Assembly (NCBI RefSeq): GCF_001194135.2
Contig: NC_068987.1
Span: forward strand, 69,165,081 to 69,201,424
DNA length: 36,344 nt
Origin: Octopus bimaculoides
Lineage: Eukaryota
Reading direction: 5' to 3'
Notes under the pieces: generated by a model
Database searches by the model: none
The model's input: the letters and a program-made list of their open reading frames with translations, nothing else
Told to the model about the DNA's origin: nothing
Program-made: the position numbers and the translations under genes
Shown: positions 12,832 through 24,347 of the stretch, piece by piece
How positions within the stretch are numbered: position 1 is the stretch's first letter
How the letters are laid out: the number at the start of each line of letters is the position of its first letter

Positions 12832-14459
12832 CAGTAGCGGTCATAATATAAGGGTCAGTAAGAACAAGTCTATTGAAATAGTTATTATAGAAGATTAACA
12901 AAATGTTGAGACTAGATATTTTACACATATTTAGATATATGTAATATTTATCGCTTGTGATCTTTTCAAGTGAGGAAATAAATATTCCGTAAGTTATGAG
13001 GAAATAAACAAATAGTCTTCCAAATTGTAGCAGCCAAAAGTTAAGGGTCACTTAGAAAAAGTTAACTACTAATCGAGGTATTTGTTGTTTAGAAGACTGT
13101 GAATGTGCTAACAGTTACTTCTTTTGATCTTACATTATTGGAGCATTCAGCTGTGAACATGACGGCTTGTGAGAGACGACCGTATCTTGTGATGAAAAAC
13201 ATAGGATTGTGTGCCTTTACCAAGAGGGCAAGTAAAATTCTGTGATAGCAACTACTGTAGGAATGTCTAGAAGTGTTGTGTAACGAATTGTAACTCGTTT
13301 TACGTCATCAGTATCGATAAATGCTAAACCGGTAGACCTCGTAAAACTTCACCAAAACAGGATCGTATTATGGTTAGAATGTCACTGAAGGATNNNNNNN
13401 NNNNNNNNNNNNNNNNNNNNNNNNNNNNNNNNNNNNNNNNNNNNNNNNNNNNNNNNNNNNNNNNNNNNNNNNNNNNNNNNNNNNNNNNNNNNNNNNNNNN
13501 NNNNNNNNNNNNNNNTGTAACTCGTTTTACGTCATCAGTATCGATAAATGCTAAACCGGTAGACCTCGTAAAACTTCACCAAAACAGGATCGTATTATGG
13601 TTAGAATGTCACTGAAGGATAAGTTTAAGAGTGCTGCTCAGATATCCCGCGAGTTTAGCTCCACTTCCGATGTCAAAGTTTCGCGCAAAACCGCTTCTTG
13701 GAGGTTACGAGGTTCTGGGTTGCCTGCTCGAGCATTGGCTCAAAAAACCTCTGATCTCCAAGAAGACTCAAAGAGCCCGTCTTCGTTTCGCTCACGAACA
13801 TGTCGTTTGGACAGAAGAACAGTGGTCGGAGGTTCATTTTAGCGATGAATCGAAGTTTTTAATGTGATTGGTTCCGATGGTGGAATGTACGTCCGACGAA
13901 GTGGCGAAAAGTTAACTCGTGCATGTGTGAAAAAAAGACAGTGAAATATGGAGGAGTTACGGTGAGTGATCTTCGCTGCTGGTCCTGGTCCACTTATTTG
14001 CCTATAAGGGACTGTCAATGCTGAAATCTACAAGCATATTTCTAGACAGCATGCCCTTCCACATCTCTGAAGCTCCTATATTCGTTCAACCTCCTATCTT
14101 CGTGCAGGACAATGCTCCCTGTCACACTGCGAAGAGAGTCAAAGAGTTTTTGAGTGATGAAAGGGTTGAGCTCATGGACTGGCCACCTCAAAGTCCCGAT
14201 CTCAACCCTGTAGAAAATGTCTGGAAAATTATTGGAGATGCGACGTGAAAAAGAAATTATTGGAAAACAAATGGAACAATATTACTCCATCATTTTGCAA
14301 GAAATTAATTCAGTCCTATATTAACAGATGTCAGGAGATCATTGATAGTAAAGCTATGTTTACAAAATATTAATAGTAAGGGTTTCTTTTTTGTTCTTGT
14401 TCCATTTTTCATTGTTTTTCTAAGTGACCCTTAACTTTTGACCGTTTGGAAGATTATTT
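12832..14459 (+). mobile_element. Tc1-family DNA transposon relic with IR/DR-type ends; outer part of the right end missing
   Basis: Begins TA|CAGTAGCGGTCATAATATAAGGGTCAGTAAGAA (12830-12864). A second direct repeat GTAGCAGCCAAAAGTTAAGGGTCACTTAGAAA lies at 13027-13058. An inverted copy TTTCTAAGTGACCCTTAACTTTTGACCG lies at about 14417-14444, extended by TTTGGAAGATTATTT, which matches left-hand AAATAGTCTTCCAAA. A transposase pseudogene lies between them. Confidence 0.9.
13159..14373 (+). pseudogene. Tc1 DD34E transposase pseudogene (stops, frameshifts, one gap with a duplicated flank)
   Basis: Motifs: EKHRIVCLYQEG (HTH), GRPRKTSPKQDRIMVRMSLKD, KPLISKKTQRARLRFAHEHVVWTEEQWSEVHFSDESKF, VQDNAPCHTAKRVKEFLSDERVELMDWPPQSPDLNPVENVW (exactly 34 residues between D and E), and a C-terminal INRCQEIIDSKAMFTKY*. 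Confidence 0.95.
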
Positions 14460-14499
14460 AACTCTATACCTCTATACTATATATTTACCTCTATACTGG

Positions 14500-14657
14500 T
14501 GGCAAACGCCAGGAGTTTTCGAAAGAAGGGTTATGTCGTTTACATCGACCCCAGTTTAATCGAACGAGAACAATAAAAGGCAAAGTCGACCCCGGCGGCA
14601 TTTGAAAGCAAGAAGGACGTGAAGACAAATGATCCTGGCAAATGATCCTGCCAGCTC
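14500..14657 (-). mobile_element. Decayed tRNA-derived SINE, family A
   Basis: TTACATCGACCCCAG...AAAGGCAAAGTCGACCCCGGCGGCATTTGAA...CTGCCAGCTC is the reverse complement of the family seen at 24652 and 31965. Confidence 0.8.
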
Positions 14658-14935
14658 TCTCCCTATGTTTAACTCTACATTAAATTGTATTTCCTATGTA
14701 CTTGTTTGAAGAGTCACATTAATCTCCAGATTCCTGATTAAGGTATCATGTATCGCCTACAAAAATATACATACACGTGTGTAGATATGCAGGAAGTAGA
14801 GCAAAGTTCATAACTTTTTCATATCTTCCGAATCTGATGGGAGCAAGGAAGATTATTTTCACACGAGAGACATGGTCTGAATGCTTAAAACATAACCGAC
14901 TCGGCAGAATCCATCCAAGAGCCTTAGATTGGGTG

Positions 14936-15128
14936 TTGACCATCAACACTGCTGTGCATGCGCACTAAGTTATAACGTTCTAGCTCACTTTCGCTGTTTA
15001 CAGTAGTGCTCGGAAGTAACGTGTGTAGGGTGTGTTTCGTCGCATTGACCATGACAAAGGAAGCTGAGTAGAGAATCTGCATCAAATTTTGCCAAAAGTT
15101 TGGCGATACCTGCTCAGAGGCCTATGCA
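14936..15128 (+). mobile_element. Mariner 5'-end fragment (leader plus transposase start at 15051), no terminal TIR
   Basis: About 80-85% identical by eye to the reverse complement of 15510-15671. Encodes MTKEAE*RICIKFCQKFGDTCSEAYA, a typical mariner N-terminus. Confidence 0.85.
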
Positions 15129-15751
15129 GTTTTCAAAACATCTTCATCAATCCCGATGCAATCAAGGATATTTTGTACAACTGAAACCCGAGTGTCTTTT
15201 CGGTCAGCTGAGAGCAGTTTTGGCACACTCTTGGCAGATACGCGTCTCATACCCAAATCTTCAGTGATAATGGACTGAACTGAACCATAACTAATCTGCA
15301 CATCCTCTGAAATTTCACGGATGGTGATTCGACGATTTCTCTTCACAGCTGCACGCACATCTGCAATGTTTTTCTCAGTTCTGCTGGTTGCGGGTCTCCC
15401 AGAACATTCGTCACTATCGACATTTTTTTGCGGCCACCTTCGAAACGTCTGAACCACTCCTACACTTGTGTGCAACCCATACACTCTTCACCATATACTT
15501 TCCACAACTTTGCATAGGCCACTGAGCAGGTATCGCCATGACAACTTTCTCTGTCATGGTCAATGCGACGATCACACGTTACACACGTTACTTCGAAGCA
15601 CTGCTGTAAACAGCGGAAATGAACTAGAACGTTAAGACTTTGTGCACATGCAAGGTAGAAGTCAAGGTCAAACTTTGCCGAGCAGCTTCTCTCTGCGTAC
15701 TTTAGCTTCGTTACTATGGCAACACTCCAGATACTTATTGATCAAACCTCG
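15129..15751 (-). mobile_element. Mariner 5' half: TIR plus the transposase DNA-binding region, truncated before the catalytic domain
   Basis: The terminus reads TA|CGAGGTTTGATCAATAAGTATCTGGAG on the minus strand, with ATG at 15557. The translation includes WFRRF...DSDECSGRPATSRTEKNIADVRAAVKRNRRITIREISEDVQISYGSVQSIITEDLGMRRVSAKSVPKLLS...DEDVLKT and ends just before the expected ITGDE motif. Confidence 0.93.
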
Positions 15752-16479
15752 TACGTACACACAAAACAAACCACTAAACAATTGCAAAACATATGAACAT
15801 ACACATTTACATAAATATATGCACCACCCCATCTGCTGTTCATTTAATCAGATCCTTGGCAACATATCTTATTCTGCCTCTATCCTCTGGCCATTGTCAA
15901 GCTAAGGAAAAGTAAATGTATTTTGTCGACTAATAACCTTCCACTGTGTCGGTTGCCATTTTAGCTGCTAATATGTTTACGTTAACCTGCTTAATTATCT
16001 AAGACACACACTCGCTACCATATTTGTTTATTATTCTTGACAACTCTTTCAATCATATATTTCATGCCGGCTTTTGTAGAGGATATGTCCACTCTGAAAC
16101 TTTGCCAGTATGTTATTGTTTCGAAACAACAAAACGCTGTTTGACAATATATTCAAGGCAACAGAATACAACATAAGGTCATACAAGAGAAGACAAGATA
16201 CACATTACGACCACCGCCACAGTAGTCTCAATATAAACTCAATGCCTATACAAATCATCAGAACTTCTCATAACAAATAGAAATATGCTTCTAATCTTTA
16301 CATAAAACTGTGTGTCATATCAAGAGTGTTTGTTTTATATTCCTAACCCCGCCCTTTAGTTTCCATGATATTAAATGTTCAAAGGGCACCTGCCATTCTG
16401 TAGCCCCTTTCCTCGCTCTCATTACTTCATTCTCAAATTTTCAAATTTTTATTATTTCAGTACCAACTTTTTTAATCAC

Positions 16480-16566
16480 ACGCGCACGCGCGCGCGCACG
16501 CGCGCGCACGCACACACGCACGCACACGCACACACACACACGCACACACACACACACACACACACA
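16480..16566. repeat. (CG)n/(CA)n compound microsatellite
   Basis: Directly visible. Confidence 0.9.
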
Positions 16567-16904
16567 GAATATGAATAAATATTTGTCTTCTAGTCCTGAC
16601 CATCCCGTCATTTTTAGGTAAGGTAGTAAAGATGAGGTTTTAGAGAGATTTACCTGTTAATTCTTATGAGACAAGTAAAGCTTACTGCTTTTATCAAAGA
16701 AAGCTGCTAGATATAGTTGTTCGTCGCTTTAACTATATTTTCTGTTAAGCTAAGTTTCTAGATTCTTCATATATGTTTAGCAATATGGAATGGCTGTAGT
16801 TAGTGGGTCATTTATCTTTGTTATTGATTACTTATGATCAAAGGCTTTCCGTCAATGACATTTTCGCATTATTATGTGCAAAGAATCTTGTTCACCGTTT
16901 CCTT

Positions 16905-16975
16905 CACTAAGATGGTGAGGTGTGTGATTTGAGGGACATTTGACTGCAGATTTTTGTAGATCAAGTAACCACTAC
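16905..16975 (-). repeat. Fragment of a third dispersed repeat family (related pieces at about 18419-18465 and 29115-29160)
   Basis: A degenerate motif, GCTAGAAAT...CAA.T.TCCCTCAAATCACA, is shared among the three sites. Low identity; family not named. Confidence 0.4.
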
Positions 16976-17484
16976 CGGCTCATTTGTTTGCTAAAGGAAT
17001 AACGTGAATGTTCCCACATTGACTGATGACATTTATAATGGTAAGGACATGATTCCACATTAATATTTCACATTGATTGTATTTATTTAAAATGTTTGGT
17101 GAAGTGATATTTGTAACCATTAAATATAAAACTTAATGTGTTATGAGACCTTCACAATATTGTTTGGCAATCCTTTTTATGAAATTTGTATTTAGTCATT
17201 TGAGAGGCTATTTGTAGTTTTTTTAAAATTATTACAGTGTAAGTATCGCATGCGATGAAGTGTTTTATTACATATTCACTCTTGTTACCACATTTCTGTT
17301 GATATAAACTGCTTTTGCTTTGACTAATTTTGAAAATGATGAAGAATTTAGCAAAATAATTTTGCAGTTAAGTTAAGGTTTGGAGCATAGATTAATATGA
17401 AATTTTGATAGAGAGTTTCATTTCAGATCACTTAAAAGTTCAGACAAAAAAAAAAAAAAAAGCGAAAAAAAGTGTCATACAACC

Positions 17485-17505
17485 GTTGGTGCCCTAAGGC
17501 AATTT
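17485..17505 (-). other. Probable degenerate histone 3' stem-loop
   Basis: Sense sequence AAATTGCCTTAGGGCACCAAC lies about 37 nt after the H3 stop. It resembles the consensus AAAGGCCCTTTTNAGGGCCACCA with small deletions. Confidence 0.55.
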
Positions 17506-17541
17506 GGTATCTATGATGTTCATTAATGCAGCATTAGCAAC

Positions 17542-17932
17542 CTAAGGTCTCTCACTTTGGATTAGGCGAGCAAGTTGGATGTCTTTAGGCGTAATGGTTA
17601 CTCTCTTTGTGTGGATGGTGCACAAGCTGGTATCTTTGAATAGATCAACCAAGTAAGCCTCGATCGCCTCTCGAAGAACATCATAGAAGAGATCTGAAAA
17701 CGAAATTCACTCTTGAAATCTTGAACGATCTCACGAACAAGTCACTGGAAAGGAAACTTTCTGATGAGAAGTGGATTTTTAGTAACATCTGATTTCACGG
17801 AGAGCAACGGTGTCAGGCCTATAACGATCTTCACACTGTTAGTAGCTGGCGCACTTTTCTTGGCTTAGCTAATTGCTTTCGTAGAGCTTTTTCACCAGTA
17901 GGTTTACGAGATGTTTGCTCAGTACGAGCCAT
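17542..17932 (-). pseudogene. H3: Histone H3 pseudogene, canonical replication-dependent type, intronless
   Basis: The minus strand reads [123 protein letters not shown]. It spans 391 nt versus 411 for intact H3, with several small deletions and nonsense codons at Q55 and R69. Residues A31, S87 and M90 are diagnostic of canonical H3 rather than H3.3. Confidence 0.97.
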
Positions 17933-19009
17933 TACCATGTGTCAGTAGAAAACAATGAGTCAGTAGAGGTCTGTATTGTAGGACATCTAGCTTCTCTGTG
18001 TTATGGTTACGTCGTTTGGATTGGTTAGGCGTCTTGAAGTTGTGTATTCTATGCTATGGTATTGTGTATTTCAGTATTTGAATTGTTATAGCTGTTGTTT
18101 TACACAAAGTCAGTACCGACTGCGCAAACATGAGCTGAAAGGCTTTCCACCCAAAGTCTTTTGCCTAGGTTTCATGCTTAATGTATCTAGAACATTATTC
18201 ACTGTATCCCTCTAGTTATAAGGTAGTGTGATTTGAATGAGATTTAGTTGTAAATTCTAGTAAGTTGAACACCGGTATAGAAGCCTCACTCTTTGGCTAA
18301 TTGTTATGTTAGTTATTTTGGCAACTGCTAGAGTAAGTGCATCACAAACATATTTATAAATAAGGACATTAATAAGATAATGGTGTTTTTTTTCGTTTCT
18401 TTTTTTTTGTGGCCACTCTTACTGCTAGAAATGGTAGCAAGTTCTCCTCAAATCACAGCTCATCAAACAAGGCACATTGTATCAGGGTAAGTGGCTACAT
18501 ACAGACGCCCTTACTGAATACTCACTAACGTTCGTTTCAACTTACATCTCTAGATGAATGTATTTCTCCATAATGCATAAACTAGCAAGATTCAACCGAA
18601 TATACACCTCCTCATGAATTATGCCAATGCAGGATATTATGGCCATTATTATGGTATAGCTTAATTAAACTCTGAATATTTGGCGGTGCATACATGTAGT
18701 ATATATAAGTATACAGACTCGTCGTTTTGAATGTTCAGAGAATTGTTTGTTTATAACAAAAGAACAAATATACGTATGCATACTTGCGTATATGTGTGCG
18801 TATGTGTGATTATTCCAGTGTGTGTATGTGCGCGTGCGCCAATCAGGCATGTGCACAAGTATGCGTACTTATCGACGGTGCCACAAGAGTGTTATCTTGT
18901 TGCGACTATTAGCCTCATAAACGGTGTTTTTCAATAAAGTTCCTTTTCATGCGTGTATACTACACACACGCACACACACACACGTATGTATATCTACATA
19001 TATACGTGT

Positions 19010-19017
19010 GTATGCGC

Positions 19018-19086
<69 letters not shown>

Positions 19087-19090
19087 CATA
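19010..19090. repeat. (TG)n(TA)n(TG)n compound microsatellite
   Basis: Directly visible. Confidence 0.95.
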
Positions 19091-19227
19091 TATATTCACA
19101 AACGCACGCGTACTTCTACCGTTATACATACACACACACACTTACAAATATTTGAATGTGCATATAGAGAATTGTTTGTTGGTGTATGTGAAATATAGTG
19201 AATTAATGACGAGAATTTGTTAATATA

Positions 19228-19275
19228 TAGCTGCTGCTGCTGATGGTGATGATGACGATGGCGGTGGTGGTGTTG

Positions 19276-19307
<32 letters not shown>

Positions 19308-19378
19308 AGTTGTCGTCGTCGGCGTCGTCCTCGTCATCGTCGTAGTCGTCGTCGTCGTCGTAGTAGTAGTAGTAGTAA

Positions 19379-19410
<32 letters not shown>

Positions 19411-19475
19411 ACGATAATAATAACAACCTCCATTATTTACAGTGGTGTTGTTGTTGGTGGTGGTGGTGTTAGTGC
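19228..19475. repeat. Mosaic trinucleotide array (GGT/GTT/GTC/GTA)n
   Basis: Directly visible low-complexity array. Confidence 0.9.
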
Positions 19476-19672
19476 TGTATGCGGTTAAGTATATTCATGT
19501 GAGTGAGTAAGCTGGTTGAATTATGTCATCGGGGGGAATGGTTTACTACAATATGGTGGTCGGTGCGTGGGCTATTATTAACATCACCATCATTATTATG
19601 ATTAAATTATCCTAGTTATTGTTGAAATTGTTGTTGTAGTCATTGTTTTTGTTTTCTCTTATTAAGTTTTTA

Positions 19673-19718
<46 letters not shown>

Positions 19719-20157
19719 TTGTAATNNNNNNNNNNNNNNNNNNNNNNNNNNNNNNNNNNNNNNNNNNNNNNNNNNNNNNNNNNNNNNNNNNNNNNNNNNN
19801 NNNNNNNNNNNNNNNNNNNNNNNNNNNNNNNNNNNNNNNNNNNNNNNNNNNNNNNNNNNNNNNNNNNNNNNNNNNNNNNNNNNNNNNNNNNNNNNNNNNN
19901 NNNNNNNNNNNNNNNNNNNNNNNNNNNNNNNNNNNNNNNNNNNNNNNNNNNNNNNNNNNNNNNNNNNNNNNNNNNNNNNNNNNNNNNNNNNNNNNNNNNN
20001 NNNNNNNNNNNNNNNNNNNNNNNNNNNNNNNNNNNNNNNNNNNNNNNNNNNNNNNNNNNNNNNNNNNNNNNNNNNNNNNNNNNNNNNNNNNNNNNNNNNN
20101 NNNNNNNNNNNNNNNNNNNNNNNNNNNNNNNNNNNNNNNNNNNNNNNNNNNNNNNNN

Positions 20158-20214
<57 letters not shown>

Positions 20215-20849
20215 TTGTAATTGTCTGTGCATGTGCAAGAGTTGGGTTTGAGGTAGATAGGTGGGTTCTCCCTTTCCATTTTTTTTTTTGTATTTTTTCA
20301 TATATAAGTGAAGCCAGCTATTGTTGCTCTAAACTGTTCAAGAATAGCGTCTGTGATAATGAGAGCATCATTAGTGCCAGTGATAATGGCCATTGCTGCT
20401 GAAGCTAGAATCTCTTGGCCGACAATCTCAGCTGGAGAATTGTCGCCTTTACTAACAACAACTAGTCGTCGCCATTGTTTAGCTGGGGGAGAATTTACTG
20501 GGCGACAGACAGCAGTAAGAGCCAATGTTTGGTGGTACGAGTGGTTAGATGCTGTTTTACTGCTGAATTAGTTATTGTGGTGTTGTTCATGATGTGCGGT
20601 GGTGATTGTTGGCAGTGTTTAACGGTTGGTTATTGTTACTTTTAATTGGAGATGGTTTGTAGGACCGGGCATGCTGCTGTTGATAACCAGTCGTTTGCTG
20701 ATTGACGTTAGAGGTTTGGTAGTGTTTCGATCCTTGCTGTTTTGTGGTATACTAGCGTTGTAGCTGTCAAAAACGATGGTGTTTATTTGAAAATGAAACA
20801 CAAAAATGTTTTCATAAAGGTTTGTAGTTAAATGATAAAAAACAAACAC

Positions 20850-20934
20850 CCGGGGTACTGATATTTTCTTAAAGGTGGTGCTCCTGCATGGCCGCAGTCA
20901 AATGACTGAAACAAGTAAAAGAGTAAAAGAGTAA
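20850..20934 (+). mobile_element. SINE family B 3' tail fragment
   Basis: AAAGGTGGTGCTCCTGCATGGCCGCAGTCAAATGACTGAAACAAGTAAAAGAGTAAAAGAG matches the reverse complement of 25527-25580. Confidence 0.9.
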
Positions 20935-21141
20935 ATTACACTTGTTGATTTTGTATATGAAAAAAGATAGGGCACCATAAAAGCGAATAATGACGTCAAA
21001 TCAATGCCGGAAATTCATCAGCATAGATAATGTATACACATATGTAAGTATACAGAAGCGTAGCTTAAGCTATGATCTTAGAACAAATTGCAGCCAAATA
21101 ACACACACACACACACACGCACGCACGCGCACACACACACG

Positions 21142-21174
<33 letters not shown>

Positions 21175-22276
21175 CCACACGCGCGCTCGCACCCACACAC
21201 ATATTGGCAATCTTTAAGACGGTCGTCTTAGAACACTGAAAACTTCGCTTCGTATATAAAAGCACACACATATATCGTAGCAGACGAGAGCCGTCTGTCC
21301 TAGGTATCGGAATTCCCATATCATGTGATTTCATTCTTCTGGAAATCATCATGGGGAAGCTTCCGGTTACCGCATGTCAGTCAAATCTCGCTGCTGCGGT
21401 ATATAAAATATCATTAACTTTTCAGACACTGATGTCGCAAATAACCAACAGGCTCATCTAAAAGTAATTATTAGCGACGGAAGCATTATTAATACAAAAA
21501 GGTAATCTTTATATCGAACTTAACATGGACGTCTTATTAGAACACCGAATACTGCGCCTTGAGAGATCATCTCATACAGGCGTTTGAGAACTTCAGCCCG
21601 TTGTCTCGTTTCTTCTGTAGACTTCACAACCTCTAGAAAGAAACGCCCAACATCGGATAGACCATCATCAACAGGACCCCACCTTACTTAATCAGCACAT
21701 GCAATTGCTTGGTCGGTCTCCGCGTAAGACTACATTCTTCACTAATCTGTGGTGCCTGTCAACAAGTAACACAAACAATCTTTCTGCTCCATCAGAGGTA
21801 CGCCCTATTGGTGAATCTTTTTAGGCTACTTTATACAGACATACTAGGAAAAGCATTTCTCCAAATTATAGATTTAATCCAATACGAGCCAAATTATATT
21901 GATACCAGAATAATTTCACATTTGTTGGGTGTTTTTGAAGAAGTAGGAGCTGAAGAAGAAAATTGGTTTTAATTTATTTACGTCACTCGTACCAAATAAA
22001 AACCAGTCTCATTTTTCTTTACTCAAACATATTTGATTGATGCCCAAAGTGTTCTTTTTTTTCTGTTTTAAATAAGTATCATAGGAAACTGTTATGGTAA
22101 ATGATAAGGACTACAATATGAAATCTCTTATTTATTTCTGATAGTAAATTTCTTTGTTGAGGTCTCCACCGTTCGTGTTATCGTAGTTCATGTGATAAAC
22201 AGGAATAAGTAAATTATCATTTCCTATCACTGTACATCTGTACTTGCGTGTTTATATAAATTATTGAAGCTAAAAT

Positions 22277-22340
<64 letters not shown>
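22277..22340. repeat. (CA)n microsatellite
   Basis: Directly visible. Confidence 0.95.
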
Positions 22341-22342
<2 letters not shown>

Positions 22343-24286
22343 GCAAACAGAAGAGTAATGCAGAGCAAATAATAAGTTATAGAATCGCGTGTGTTCGAGC
22401 CTGCAGTAAGTTTTTCAATATTATTTTTTTTCCAGTACATGCTAGGTATGCAGTCTAGTTGGATGCCTTGCAAGTTTCGAAATTTGATGTTTATGTAGGA
22501 TAAACTGAGGATCTTACACACATAATTTAAATCAAACGTAATACGTCATTTCTTCATAAATTCTAACAGTCATTTAATGTTGGCTATAATTCTAATTTTA
22601 TTTATTGAGTGTTGTTGGACGATTAAAGGATGCAAATGGAAATAAGACGTAACATACCGGAAAATTACACCAACTGGGAATCAAACGTGTTAATACTGTA
22701 TTATCTAATGACTAGCGGAAAACCGCCAGACAAGTGGTGTTTCTGATAATCGCCATGGTATTGCTGGAATTACTGTTCTCCGGTAGATACGCTTTATTTT
22801 AGCGGTGGTAGTGTTGATATTATTGTTTGATACTTTTCTTTCTCTGCGTATGCAGTCTTTATGTGCAGGTTATGTGCAACTAGTAATGATATTAAATGTA
22901 AGATTTTTGGGGTGCCTGTGAATATTCTAAGTATGCACGTGTCGTTTTAATTTCGTTTTTCAACCTTCAAATCTTCTATGTATCCCATATATCTTATAGA
23001 GCGGTTATAGATGACTCCTTGTATTTTTGTGTGTATGTGTGTGCGTGTTGTATGTATATGTTGTTTGATGTGATGATTACTTCATCTGGTGATATTTGGT
23101 GTTGCTAGTTGACGCTACGGGAGATGCTATGCTATGTTGTACTTCAAGTCTGATTATAAGAGTGAGTAGATTGATGTATGGTTGGAGAGGTTTTGCATCA
23201 GTCTCTCTGGTGAAAGTTAAAACGTTGCGTCGGTAATGCCAGCTGCAGATGAGGCTGTGTGTGTTTTCTCTGAGTGTGAGCCTGTCACATTGGTATAGGT
23301 GGAAAATAGCAGGACAGACCAGATACATATGGTGCGCCGGTAAATTGTAGATTCTTGATGTGTAGCAGCTTGCTCAAAATATCTTTGCTTAATCAATAGG
23401 ACTTAGAATGATGTATCAGTGTGGGCTTGTTGCTAAAACTCGCATGGCTTTTGTGTGAGCTGTTCGAGTTCTGTCGTCTGAATCTGCATTGTGAGATAGA
23501 CACAGGAATCTGGATGCATGATGACAAGGATGTGACTCACTCTTTAAAATATAAATAGATTTGTGTGATACTTTGTCGGTTGAGCGTTGTTTAGACATGT
23601 GGTTGGGTGTAAGTAAATTTAAGTATTGCACACAGGTAAGCTGTCAATTAGCAAATTACGATCCATATATACATGGCTTTTACTATGTCGGTGAATACAT
23701 CGAACAATGATTAGATACAATAGTTTATAGAATAGCGGGCAGTGTGTTAACTAGAGTAATTAAGGTTCCTCTAAATGACTGCTAATTAACGGTAAAATCT
23801 CCCTAAAATAATAATATAGAGTCTTCAGAAAGAACAACTTATGGTAGTGGAATCTTGTTTCTAGAGTTGTTGGTGGTACAGAATCATGGAATTTTGATGG
23901 AAGTAGTAGGAATGCTTGTAGTAACAATACTTATATACATCGAGTCAGGTTTGTATCTTCTATATTTCTTTGTTTCTGTGCAATACAGATATAAGCTCTG
24001 CTTAAACCAATTGTATCTAAACGTTATGGCGTCAAATTTTGAGACGACAGTTATAGAAATCAACTTCAACTAAACAATATAATTTCTAAAACAAAAAGAA
24101 ATTTAAAATTATTATTACATTTGTTCTTTTGTCCATAAACACTTCCAGCAGTGATGAAAAGAAAGCACAGATTAATCAGTACAAACTCAGTAAAATGTCA
24201 GAAAATTATCCAACTTCTAGAACTTTAAAGAAAATTCGTCTAAGCAGACTGGTAGACACTGCTGTAATTATCATCAGTATTAGCAG

Positions 24287-24347
<61 letters not shown>

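Noticed and set aside
16079-16108. 28-nt micro-exon candidate (TTTTGTAG...CCA|GTATGT)
   Set aside because: The splice signals are good, but it is too short to separate from chance without transcript data.
19203-19433. Poly-Thr (mucin-like) ORF using ACT/ACG/ACA/ACC codons
   Set aside because: Equally explained as a non-coding mosaic trinucleotide array; no signal peptide, splice sites or flanking domain.
21282-21304. Hairpin CAGACG-AGAGC-CGTCTG followed by CTAG, suggesting a Helitron 3' end
   Set aside because: The hairpin-to-CTAG spacing is only 2 nt and the next base is G rather than T; no matching 5' TC end.
23100-23520. Minus-strand PYVSGLS motif resembling the Penelope RT/GIY-YIG linker
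   Set aside because: Isolated short match without neighbouring conserved motifs.
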